DNA of 63,598 nt, the filler included, from Rhabdomonas costata (lineage: Eukaryota): assembly GCA_019059605.1 (NCBI GenBank). It is 49 parts of 49 records of this genome, joined end to end, with 100 filler letters (N's around TTAATTAATTAA, not from the genome) between each part and the next. Parts side by side here need not be neighbours in the genome. Positions count along the whole stretch, not along the records: positions 36,405 to 37,604 come from JAHMHO010023882.1; positions 37,705 to 38,904 come from JAHMHO010023883.1; positions 39,005 to 40,203 come from JAHMHO010023884.1; positions 40,304 to 41,503 come from JAHMHO010023885.1; positions 41,604 to 42,803 come from JAHMHO010023886.1; positions 42,904 to 44,103 come from JAHMHO010023887.1; positions 44,204 to 45,402 come from JAHMHO010023888.1; positions 45,503 to 46,702 come from JAHMHO010023889.1; 41 more parts are not named here. The stretch is one strand, 5' to 3'. Each line of letters begins with the position of its first letter. The first letter of the stretch is position 1. A program made the translations under genes and the position numbers. The notes beneath the pieces are model-generated. The model made no database searches, had not been told where the DNA came from, and saw only the letters and a list, made by a program, of their open reading frames with translations. This document shows, piece after piece, positions 36,832-48,927 of the stretch.

Positions 36832-39800
36832 TCACCAACAAAACCGAAAGCGCTTAGCTCAATTCCCACGATGCAGCCGTTGCCAGCCGCTGCAACACTT
36901 GCAAGGAAAGAACCCAAGCTCACGCCGCAACAGCCGATGACGGGTGGTTCGGGGAAGTGCTGTCTGATGACTCGGCCTCCGAACTGACATCAGAGGGTTC
37001 CAGCGGACGGCGCGTCGGTCTGGCAATGTGTTGGGCTCCGAGCTCACACTGGAACTCACGGAACCACCTTCTCAGTGCCTCCCTCCCGGGAGCTGCCCTC
37101 CGCAACCCCCGAAGTGCTGCAGAAGGTAAAAAGAAAGCAGAAAGCAATCTGTGATACATAGTTCCCCCGCGTACCCCAAAATATTCTCACATGGTGGAAC
37201 ACCCAAGCGAAGAAAGCCCAGGTTCGTGAATAGCTTTTCGCACTTTTTTGGTGAACCCAATTCATTCAGGTTAGGTTTACGGTTACGATTAGAGTTCTGA
37301 AAATCCGAATTGCTCAAGAAAGAGAAGATACACCGCGTCACCCCATCCCACCTCTTCCATCCATATTATATAGCCATGTCAGAAGCGAGAAGTGAGATTT
37401 CACGGCGTATGTCACCCACACATCCGAAAAGCATCGCCTTATCCCCGCATGTTTGCAGCCTGTTACCTTTCATCTTTTCCTTTCGCACGCAAAACATATA
37501 CACATACACATACACATATACAAAACACATTACTTACTGTCCCAAACCACCCAAACTAAATTCGATTAACCCTTGTAAATTGGTCCGATCCCTCCTGCCA
37601 AAAANNNNNNNNNNNNNNNNNNNNNNNNNNNNNNNNNNNNNNNNNNNNTTAATTAATTAANNNNNNNNNNNNNNNNNNNNNNNNNNNNNNNNNNNNNNNN
37701 NNNNACCACGCCATCGATGTCTAAAAAGATCACTTTCATTCAAGACCTCCTCACAGACGACAGTAGGAAAGAAGAAATGACTGCCAAAAGGGGGGAACAC
37801 GCCGCGACTGGGGAAGATCACCTGGGAAGGGGTTGACAGTATGAAAAAGAAAACAGCAAGCAAAACGTTTTTCCAGCGCAACTAAGAATTACAGAGATTC
37901 GCTGAGGAAGATCAGCTTTCAGTGAAGCATTGCACAGACACAAACAGCCCAAACGTATGGCGCATCGTCCCTCCTTTTTCCCATAAAAGTCACTGAACGG
38001 TCTCGTTTTGCAAGACGTTTTCAAAAGCCAGCTTCGCAGTCCCAGGTCAAACCGAGTATCAACCATTTTATCCTCTCCCCAAACAAGCTGCTAGCGTAAC
38101 AAACAGAGCAGAGCACAGCAGAGCAGAGCAGAGCAGCTTGCCGTGACATCGCGTGGGTGTCAGTGGGCAAATACTGAGTGGTTGGCCCATAAAAAGACAC
38201 ATTTGGAAGGGAGGGGGAGAACTCCTTGAGCACAGATGTTCAGGTCACACTGCACCACCAATCAGAGACAGAGAGACGGGCAAGTGTGGGGGCACTGTAA
38301 ACCCATATTTATTTCCAATACACACCCTCTACACATTCAGCAGTGCTCCTCCTTCAGGAGGGTTCCCATCTCAGAAGCCCATCTACGCTCACGGCATACA
38401 ACGCTTTACACAACCCGAGCACAATGAGTAGGCAAATGCAATGAGAACGCAAGGAAGCTGAACCCAGACGGAGCTCCAGCCCATGGAGCTAGGAACATGG
38501 AGCCCGAACATCGAACAGAATGGAGCAGTCAGAGAGGGAACGGAATTGAAAGCGAAAAAGAAAACACGGCTACGACGGATCAGGCATCGGCTGCAAGACA
38601 TCGTCTGGGAGGTGGGGGGATCCTTCGTACAAAGCATTGGGCGTTTTCCGCTCATCGAGATCCCTTTCCGGCACAGCCACACACTTTTTTCGCACATTCC
38701 CCCTTCTGCCCTCCAATTCTAGCATCCAGCATTCACATACGCCGCCTTTTGTTTTTTCTCCTTGGTGGAGAGGTCCAAAAACAAGAGAAAGAAATGGGTC
38801 TCACATCAGACACACATCAAACAACAAAATGGAAAAGAGAATACCACTTCGCACAGACACGCATCTGACACAATTTTCCCACCCTCCAGACACACCCAAC
38901 ACCCNNNNNNNNNNNNNNNNNNNNNNNNNNNNNNNNNNNNNNNNNNNNTTAATTAATTAANNNNNNNNNNNNNNNNNNNNNNNNNNNNNNNNNNNNNNNN
39001 NNNNGTGGTGTAGAGCCAGCACTGCGGGGAGCAGCTCCGGCAGAGGGCCGAAAGAGGGCGGGGGCGCGGGCGCGACGAGGTGTGAGGCCAGCTGCTGCAT
39101 CGCCCGCAGCACCGCGAGCTGAGTCCGTGACGCCTTGTTTTACAAATGTAAGAGAGCGGAGGGTAGTTGAGCTCCCCAGGGCTTCCCGCTCGCAATGCAT
39201 ATCAAATATGCTTCATGGCTTGTCGACGGGCGACCACTACGGTAACTGGCGGCTGCGGTTTCCAGTGTGCTGGAATCGCATCTCCTCAGTCGGCAGCTCG
39301 TGTGTGGCGGTTCCGAAGGTGTTGGAAGGATTTGACTCATGCGGTGTGCAGAGTTTGTTGACCTTGTGGCTTGATTGGGAAGCGGAAAGCTTCCGTGTAT
39401 GCTGATGAAGGGGGCACATCATTACTCCAGAGAAAGCCGCGTTTTCACTCAAGAGTGAAAAAGGGGGCACACACCACACACACAACACAGCAGGCCACGC
39501 AACCTGCCTAAATTGTGTGTGCTCACACGAATGCCTGTGCGCAATCTGCGGAGAGCCTTTTTTTAGGTCAGTTTTGAACACTCTGGAACCCAAACCCTTG
39601 CACATGCTTGCCGTCATTGTCTGGTGGGTCTCGACGTGGTTGCCAGCCCTGGCATATGCAAATGCACTGGTCTGTGCGTGTGTGCGTGTGCGCGCGCGTG
39701 GTGGGGGGCTTCGGAATACCTCAGCGTCCCAGGTGGGGCCAGCCAGGAAGGACCTCAACAGCTCCGCCAGCGGGGGAAGCAAATCCAGGAAGAGCAGCAA

Positions 39801-41263
39801 CTGAGCCACAAGCACAGCCCCCCACAACGCAAACGCTTCCCTTTCTCTTCAACACAAACCCATTGCCAGATATGTGCAGATTTGGAAATGCGGCAGAGAC
39901 CCATGTTTTCCGGGGTGAGTTTTGGGGTTTGCTTGGGTGGTATCGGACCCGTGGAAGGTCCTGCAGTGAAAGCTTGACGGTTACAAACATCAAACTAAAT
40001 GCAGCATAAGAAAGCTGCACGACTTCCGATTCTCACGGAAAGAACCCGTAAGGGACATGACGCTCCCATCCATCATCCATCGGGGCATCGTCGGATCCCC
40101 CCAAACCTAAAAATGGCTGCGCCTGCGGCCGTTGAAACACTCTTTGCTAGCTCAGCGCTATCAGTTGAGATAATGACCCCACAAAACCAAACACACCCAC
40201 CACNNNNNNNNNNNNNNNNNNNNNNNNNNNNNNNNNNNNNNNNNNNNTTAATTAATTAANNNNNNNNNNNNNNNNNNNNNNNNNNNNNNNNNNNNNNNNN
40301 NNNTTTTGAATTCGAGGACTTTTCCCCTTTCATGCCACTCTACAAACCGGATAAAGTCCTCGAATTCAAATCCAGTTCCACGCACTCCGTGTTCCCTCAG
40401 GTACTCTAAAATACTCCCTGTTTCTCGAATCTGTGCCACGGGCGACGCCCTTCACCTGTGCCTTCCCACCTCTCGTGTTGGATGTACTTCTTCGGTCACC
40501 ATTGTAATTTCTCACGTACCCTGAGTACTCGACATATTCCATGTCGATGAAGGCTGTCATCCTGGGATTACTTAATGCTGGGAACTTCATGAAAAGCTTT
40601 TTCAGCGGACGCTCACTTTCACGTTGCCTTTGAGCTCCCCCTCTGTTCCAACGTCCCGTCGTTGGGGTGTAACACCGCTCGTCCTCACTCTCTGGTAACC
40701 GTCTTTCCACCCTATCTGAGTGCCTCTCGCTATCCCGAGCCTCCATTTCCTCTCTAGCTTGGTCTTTTTTCTTTGTCTCGCACTTAGTCACCACCAGTTC
40801 CTACCCGTCCACTTCATTTAACCAACGTTCATTAGGACAGTCACTTGGCTTCACGAAGGAAAATTTCACTGTCCTCCTTGTTGTGATCTTTTCCACGAAA
40901 CCTTCATTTCGCGGCAAAAGGTATCACAAACTGATGTGGACCTCATCTTGCCAAGACGGATCGAAACGTTCGTCTGGCGCCATGCTCAGTTCCACCTCTA
41001 GAGGACTCGTTGCATTCGGGTTCTCCAGCACTATGCCTAATCCCGCAGGAATAATCCCCGGTGCCTCTGGGTAGTCCACGGGAATCCACCTCTCCCGTGT
41101 ATGCCTTGTCACCACAGAAGACGAAGCTTCTCTCGCCCTTTTTACTTCAACACGATTCCCAACTCTTTCTTTCCTTTCACTTCTGCAATCCACGGGAGCC
41201 GGAGCTTCTGGCACGGCTGCCCGCACTAACGCCGCTTCAGAGCATAGGGCTGTCAGTAACCCC

Positions 41264-41503
41264 TCATGAATGTAATGTAATGTTCTGCTTCTCCTTCCCG
41301 AATGCCTCCCGCACTTTCTTCCAAGTTGTTTTCATTTTATGAATATGGAATCTTACGGGGACTTTACATTCACCTGGTGGGGACTCTGTAGACTCTGGAA
41401 GGTCCCACCAGAACACCGGATGGTACACGTAATTCAGGTAGAATGGGCTGTACTCTGTATTGACAATAGGCGCACTGTTGATTGCAATCTCCACCAACAC
41501 CCC
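41264..41503 (-). mobile_element. Ty3/gypsy LTR-retrotransposon integrase C-terminal remnant
   Basis: LVEIAINSAPIVNTEYSPFYLNYVYHP...WKKVREAF matches the integrase E.A.N.....T..SPF.L.YG.HP motif. It is homologous to the remnant at 60316-60998. Confidence 0.8.
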
Positions 41504-41791
41504 NNNNNNNNNNNNNNNNNNNNNNNNNNNNNNNNNNNNNNNNNNNNTTAATTAATTAANNNNNNNNNNNNNNNNNNNNNNNNNNNNNNNNNNNNNNNNN
41601 NNNGGGTGGGTGCACGGCGGCACTTTGCTGTGTGCATGCGATTGGCGACATTTACAAATGGAACGCCCTCAACAAACTCATCGGTTGGTTAATGTTGGAA
41701 TGTTGGAAAAGTGGAAGCCCCCCCCCCAAAAAAATCGCAAGCATGCCCTCAACAAACTCAGTGCAGAGTGCAGATGCACACAACGCACACA

Positions 41792-41823
<32 letters not shown>

Positions 41824-41857
41824 CACACCTACACACACCCACACACCGTTAGCTTGC

Positions 41858-42670
41858 CTTCCTTCCTTTCATCAGGAAGCGACTCAACACCTTTGGACAA
41901 ATACTTCTCCGCCTGCGCAAGCAAAAGACGGGCACAACGAAACTCATACAGACCAACCAGATAGTGAGAACCAATCGGGGGGGAGGGGGAGAACCGCCCC
42001 CCCTCCCTCTCCAGCGTAAAAGGTGCCAGGAAATGAAATGTTTTTTTTGAAAAAGTCAGTGGGATATTGCCTTCCTTCTTTCTTCCGCACATTAGGAGCG
42101 ATGCAGCAGTAATGACAATAAACACAGTGTGCTTAAATGTGGTGAGAAATGGGGGAACCTTCTCGAATTCCCCGAGGAAGTTGAGACTGCGGCCAAGGAC
42201 CTCGCAGGTGTAGGCTCTCGGCCCGTTTATGCGCTCCACCTCTTGGAGCATTACCATCGAGGCGTGGTGTCTGAACCTCTTGTAGAGGCAATACGCTGAA
42301 ACAAGCCGCACACATAAACCAGAAGTATGTGAGCTTGATTTTTAGGTTCCATTGACCAGATGAAACAGATAAAACACAGTATCCACACACAGACAGGAAC
42401 CCACAGTGCACACGTAGCGTTGCGAGGCTCAAAACGGAAGCTATTTGATCCCAAAGAAAGTAACAGGAGCCCTATCTCATTGACGCCCTCTCCATTCTCG
42501 CCCATAGCACCTCTGCACTGCAATGCTTTGAGCCGTATTGCCCCACCCGCGGCCTCACAGCCCTTCCAGGCCTCGTCCAAAACGGCCTCTGCCTTGGCCA
42601 GGCTGTGGTCCCCAAGCAGCAGCAGAGACAGGTCCAGCGCCTTCTCCAGAACCGCAGGGTGCTCATCACC
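41858..42670 (-). CDS. TPR-like repeat protein, three exons (partial)
   Basis: Exons 42670-42511, 42295-42159 and 41912-41858 splice in frame: GDEHPAVLEKALDLSLLLLGDHSLAKAEAVLDEA.../AYCLYKR...LGRSLNFLGEFEK/AEKYLSKG. Confidence 0.7.
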
Positions 42671-42960
42671 CTGAAAGCAGCAGAGGGACCGCCTATTTTC
42701 TCTTGCTCCATCTGAAGATCCGGTCGACCCGTCCGTTCAGCCTGAGAACAATCCGTCGTCTGTACACCACGCCTCACCTGAATACTGAGAGAATGAGCAC
42801 AAANNNNNNNNNNNNNNNNNNNNNNNNNNNNNNNNNNNNNNNNNNNNTTAATTAATTAANNNNNNNNNNNNNNNNNNNNNNNNNNNNNNNNNNNNNNNNN
42901 NNNGGTGGGTTTTGTTCACCACTGATGTTGTGGCCCGTGTGTGCGTGTGTGTGTGCGTAT

Positions 42961-44085
42961 GCAAGACCACTCTGCTGGATGTCCTTGCCGGGCGCAAGAC
43001 CACGGGAAAGATTGAGGGTGAGATCCTGTTGAACGGAAAGCCCATGGCCAACAGGGAGTTTGGGCGGATCAGCGGGTGCGTTAGCTCTCCTTGCTGGGTG
43101 CTTTGCATCCTCATTTCTCTCTGGGCAATGGTTGGGTTTCTGGGGATCCTTAGTTTGGTGCTTTGGGCTTTTGTTACACTTCCCTGGCTGCTGGGCAACG
43201 AAGGAGCCAGCGAGCAGAACTGCACAGCTCATTTCAAACCTGTGCACTCTGTACACACGAAGGTGAGCTTTAAAGTTGTACAAAGTGCAAGGTGCAAATG
43301 TGGGGAAATCCCCACACATAGCAATTAACCTGACAGCAAGAGTGAAGTGAGATTGGAGGCAGGACAGCGGCTTGCTACGCTACTCAGATCATAACTCCAC
43401 GTTTTTTCTTGCCTCACGCCCTCACTAACCCCCACACACATGTCACATCCTCTCCATGTCGAACACCCCACAGGTACGTCGAGCAGAGCGATATTCACAA
43501 CCCCCTGGCCACTGTGCTGGAGGCACTGCGGTTCTCGGGCTACCTCCGCCTGCCCAGGTGGTGCATCCTTGCGTGGCGCGATACATTTGGGTGCCGGACA
43601 CTCCGGCCACATTTGTGGAACGAATCTTGAGCTCGAGATGTGATGTGAGTGGGGTAATGCGGGTTTCATGTTTGCTGCAAATCCAGTTGCGCGTTTTTTT
43701 ATGGTGCGTCAGCTCACATTTTGTGCCTCCTCGGGGGGTAGTGGAACATGGAGTCCACCCGGGCTCAATCAGAAAAATGCAGATGCAATCGGAATCGCGG
43801 GAATGGACGCCTGAGCGAGCAGTCCAGTACCCTCAGCAGCGCGCACCCCAGTCCAGTACGCTCAGCAATGCCGTGAGCGGGGCCTTCAGATCACAGTCGA
43901 TTCCGAAACGCACTTTTCTCAGTCAGCACCTTACAGTGAGACTTTTCTGTTGACAGTGAAAACACGCGGCCGGGCCTTACGAAACACACAACCACACACT
44001 GTTGCGGTGATTCGCGTTTATCTTTTTATATTTTGCCAGGGCCCTGTCCAAGAAGCAGAAGGAACAACAGGTGCAGAAGGTCCTG
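42961..44085 (+). CDS. ABCG/PDR-type ABC transporter nucleotide-binding domain, three exons (partial)
   Basis: Exons 42961-43075, 43474-43557 and 44040-~44085: (G)[25 protein letters not shown]...[49 protein letters not shown], a PDR NBD2-like sequence. Confidence 0.93.
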
Positions 44086-47000
44086 GCAAAATACAAAAAC
44101 ACCNNNNNNNNNNNNNNNNNNNNNNNNNNNNNNNNNNNNNNNNNNNNTTAATTAATTAANNNNNNNNNNNNNNNNNNNNNNNNNNNNNNNNNNNNNNNNN
44201 NNNTGTGGGGGGGGCATAAAATGGTGAATAAGTAGAGGTTGTCCCAAAGGGGCACGGTCAACAACAGGTCTGGCCAGCGGACTCTGAGCACCACAGAAGC
44301 ACGGAAGGCATGGAACCATCACACCACACAACCATCGCAGCACCAACGATGGCTGCCTTTTGTTTCAGCCAAATCAGCGGTGCCGTGCGATGCCCTCAGC
44401 ACACAAGACGGAAGTAACCGGGGAAAAGGGCGCAAACAAGCAAGCAGCACGTTTCGGGGTATAATGTAAAAAAACTAATCGGCCGTGCAAACTGCTTTCT
44501 ACAGTTCCCCAGCAACCAAAAGCCCCATGTCATTGTCCGACTGGCACTGAGTAGTTAGATTTGGAGACGGGAGTTTCCTTGGGTTTTGTACCTGCGTGGG
44601 ATGAGACTTCTGTTTGTTGCATCCACCCAGCACCCAGGAAGCATCCCTTTTGTTGTGTCGGTGTTCCTGTGGCGCTGCTGTGGTAAACATCAACCACCCA
44701 CCCCGGGTGCAGTTAGCTTTGGCGATAAGTGCTCGCGGCAATAGTAAGCGCCCATGGATGTCGCCTTGGCTCGCGCCGAAGCCCTGCCATTCTCCTCTTC
44801 TTCTCCCAACGCTCCAGAGGAGGACTGGGCAAGCCTGTTTCAGGTATACATGGGGCTTCTACCTCAATTTTGTCGATTTTTTTTTTTGCTGGTTTTTCTG
44901 TTTTTGATTTTTTTAGAAGCTCAGGTGCACTGCATTTTTGGTGAAGCATGTTGCACCACAAACTCAGAACTTCGGTTTCGTGCACTTTCTCCGGATGTTG
45001 TACACGTAACAACTGGAAAACATACCCTTACCATCTGTGTTCCAAAAAATCCGGCCCGTTGAGCATAATCATACGGTATCACTGGAAACTTCAGAAGGCT
45101 TCAAGTCAACTCTTCTGAAGTTTTCAGTCATACTGCATACGTGCTCTCCACGTATGTCCCTCTGTCTTGGACACATTCACATTGACACACAGAGACTGTG
45201 CGCCAAACTGCTCTTTAATTCGCTAAGCTTCTGGCGAAGGCACGCCTTGGCGGCAATCTCCTTTTTTCCTTCCTTCGCAGGAAATCTTTGTGGAGGACGG
45301 GTTTCTTGAGTCTGAGGTGGGCCCGGGAAACTTCGACGACATGCTGTTCTACGTCCGTATGCCTTCAGCATGTCGTCGAAGTTTCCCGGGCCCACCACAC
45401 ACNNNNNNNNNNNNNNNNNNNNNNNNNNNNNNNNNNNNNNNNNNNNTTAATTAATTAANNNNNNNNNNNNNNNNNNNNNNNNNNNNNNNNNNNNNNNNNN
45501 NNGTGTTATCCGTGACTTGACTTGAAGCTGTGATTAACACTAACAACATTAAGCGACTACACATTAAGAAACACATAACAGCAACAGAACGGCCATAAAA
45601 TCAAAGAAAACGGATTTTTTTTTTTCACTTTTAACAAAAGGGCTTGGACGAAGCGCCTGGGGTGTTCTTAGGTCGTGAAAATGAGGAAAAAAGGCGGCAA
45701 GGCCGAGCTTGCAACCCCTGTCGGTGTTCTCCCAAGTCAAGCCGATGGTTCTTCCACTGGGGAGGATTACAGGGGATACCGCTTTTTCGTGCAAAGTGGC
45801 ATATGCAACCGTGCTGCGTTGGCTGTGCGGAATGCAAACCCGAGGTTCTGGATTTCCTTGAGCGAAACAGACGAAACTATGAGTAAATATTGCCGTTCAA
45901 GGGAAGTTTACCTATCAACCCTTCCCCAGACCTGCTGCTGTGCTTTAAAAAGGGCGGTGGCAGACGCCACAAGGCTGTTTTTCTGTGCTACTTGGGTTTG
46001 GCGCAAAAGGCCACACAAGCTGTACACCGAAGCGGTGAGCCCCCTTGCAAGCATGCAAACTCGAATTCCTGCTCAAAACACTGCTCACTCCGTGTATTTC
46101 CAATTCCATCTAATTTCGCACAATTCCTTTTCCTTCAAATGCATCTGAATCCATAATTTGACTGTGGCTGTAAACACGTGCATTCCTGCCCATTCCGGTG
46201 CCAGTATGCAGTACTCCTGGGCTTTTTCCTTAGGCATGGGGGTCATATTCCGGCGTAGAGAAGGATTTCGAGGCCGGGAAGCGGCCAGCGAACTCCTAAA
46301 CCAGCGAATAGGAGCCCCAACCCGTCACGCTGACTTGAGTTCAATGTTGGGTCTCCGGTCCGGTCGGGTCCGGGAGTGACCTTGGCGGATGTCACCCATA
46401 TTTGGGCCAAAAAAAAGTGGTCCTACCCACAGTCACGTTGACAAACCGGAGAGCGGAGTCGCAGAACTCCGCTCGGCCAATGCACACCGCGGCCTTCGGC
46501 CTGAAATATTCTCTTCGTTTGTTGGTCTGTATTTAAGTGTGTCCTCACCCTGTGACACACCTAAGACTCAACACTCACGCAATTTCGTCGGTAGCAAGCG
46601 CTATCTACATGTGGCCATAGTGAAGGTTTCCATGCAGACCCGCCTCACCTCTTCCCCATCGGCCGCGGTGCCTTGCCCCCACCCCACCAAACACACCAAC
46701 ACNNNNNNNNNNNNNNNNNNNNNNNNNNNNNNNNNNNNNNNNNNNNTTAATTAATTAANNNNNNNNNNNNNNNNNNNNNNNNNNNNNNNNNNNNNNNNNN
46801 NNTTTTGTTTTGGCACCAGTCGTGTGCTAAATTTGGGGATCACTGGCCAGCCTGAATGGCAGATCCGTTTGCGCTATGCGAACAAAGGATAGCGCTGGCA
46901 CCGGCTCGAATGCTCGAGGAGAGAAGAAGGATATGATGGTATTCAGGCTCAACCATTGCTTGGGACGGCACGGACGAGAGGGAAACAGAGAAGCGGAGGA

Positions 47001-47631
47001 AAGCCGCGCCGGCACCCTTTGAGCGATGTCATGCAGCAGGTGCAGTGTCAGCGCGGCGTCAGAGAGGGCATCGGACCACGGCAGCAGCTGGAAGAAGAAG
47101 TGGAACACCCACAGCGGCAGCAGCACGCTGCAGAGAGAACACAAGAAAACCTGGCGCGCCCACGTGCACCCAGGGGAAGAAGCAGGTAGTCGACAGTGGA
47201 AGCCGAAAACCGTCAAGAGCAAGACAGGAGAAATACATTCATCAACTTCGAGGCAAATATGGTGAACACGCCAGTGATTGTGCTGCAAATGCACCTGGAC
47301 CTGTGGTCATAAAAATAGGGGCTGGCGCGCAAGCCACTCACGGATAATCCGCTGGACAAAGTGCTCTACCGCACGTACGATACGAGGACATAAAAGTATG
47401 AATTAAGGGAAGCTGACAGAGATTCCAAGGATACAATCCAATGCAACTGCCGCAGTCTCAACAGAGAAAATATTCTCATCCCGTGGGGCGGAAATGAAAG
47501 GATACGCTTGCGAAAGGCAGGAACCTGTCGGAAACCCCGTGAAGGCGGTCCACAGGTTCCCAAAATTCCAGCTCCATCGTCAGCTCTCGGGTTCTCGAAG
47601 GGCCGGCCTCCGCAGAAGTACTGGCGTTACA

Positions 47632-47660
47632 GCTGCTGCTGCTGCTGCTGCTGCTGCTGC
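47632..47660 (+). repeat. (GCT)n trinucleotide microsatellite
   Basis: About 9-10 perfect units. Confidence 0.9.
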
Positions 47661-48128
47661 TACACGACGATGAAGAGGCGGGTGCATGGCTCGCGGAGTG
47701 GGCCTCTCCAGAGCGCACACTGCGCTGCCGGCGGCGGGCCTCTGCCGCGGCTCGAAGAGGAGTCACAAAGGGATCCACGGCAGCGGACAATTCCGAGAAG
47801 AGCCTCTGCCCGAACCGAAAGGAGAACAACAATGCCATTGGCTTGCCCGTGCGCGGCATAGCACTGGTGCCGGGCGGTGCAGACAGATTTCGAGACCCAG
47901 CATTGTCGGAAGAAGCTAGTGAACTTCCGGTCAGCGTCGCACCCAAAAGAACGGGTGTTAACCATAACACACACACACACACACACACACCTACAAACCA
48001 CCNNNNNNNNNNNNNNNNNNNNNNNNNNNNNNNNNNNNNNNNNNNNTTAATTAATTAANNNNNNNNNNNNNNNNNNNNNNNNNNNNNNNNNNNNNNNNNN
48101 NNTGTGGTGTGTGCATGTGCATTGCCAG

Positions 48129-48927
48129 GACGTCTCTCGGGCTGAGCTGATGGCGAACCCTCATCTCTATTCCTACGGGCGCAAAGACAAGGTGCGCTGC
48201 TGTGCATGCCTGCCTGCGTGCGCACGCACGTGGCAGAGCAACTTATTGGCATGGATAGTTGCAACCGCGTTTTTCTGCGGTTGGATTCTGTCAGAGCGCT
48301 CGGGTTGCCTGACGATCGCCATTGTGGCCATCCCCAGCCTCCCAACCCTATCACGAAATCAACGGGCATGTAAATTGCCCGTGCCGCCCTAAAAGTGCGG
48401 GATGAATTAAAAAGTGTCACCAAAAAGTCAAGATTTGGACTTACTGAGGTGTTGGATTGTAAGATGCGATATTTACCATGATTGCACAGTTCTTCTGTTT
48501 CCTTCGAAGTGCAATAGTTAGTTTTCTTCAATCTACCGATGTTTTTCAGATGTCTAGGTGAGCCTGACTGTGTGCATTTATGCCTCTTTTGACCACTTTT
48601 TGCCTGGCACCATATTGGTTTCGACCACTCGTGGTGGCGATGACGTTTGTCTTTTTGCATTGTTTTGTGCGACTTGTTGCTGTGATTATGGTGGTGCTTT
48701 GTCTGGATGGGACAGCTGTACAACCCCCTGACCCTGCTGCTTTACCTGGTCGAGCTGCAGTGGGAGGCCTGCAGCGTGTTCTTTCTGTGCTACTTCGGCC
48801 TGGGACAGCGCGAGGACTCGCTGTGGGTGCTGGGGTGCACGCAGCTCCTGGCCAGCGTGCTGGTGGTCAACGGCCACCTCCTCCTTGACACCACCTTCAT
48901 CACCTGGCACATCCTGGCCTCCGTAGG
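48129..48927 (+). CDS. P4-ATPase (phospholipid flippase) C-terminal TM region, two exons (partial)
   Basis: Exons 48129-48191 and 48716-48927: DVSRAELMANPHLYSYGRKDK/LYNPLTLLLYLVELQWEACSVFFLCYFG...LWVLG...SVLVVNGHLLLDTTFITW, matching DV....L...P.LY..G.....FN and V.VVN..L.L.T...TW. Confidence 0.85.

Noticed and set aside
45316-45396. Perfect 31-bp hairpin resembling a MITE, terminator or pre-miRNA
   Set aside because: It lies at the contig end next to the primer-like A/C tail and fits the same fold-back artefact pattern. It cannot be excluded as real without reads.
9157-48927. CDC50 and its partner P4-ATPase in the same window as a possible gene cluster
   Set aside because: They are on different contigs separated by many linkers, so co-occurrence is coincidental.
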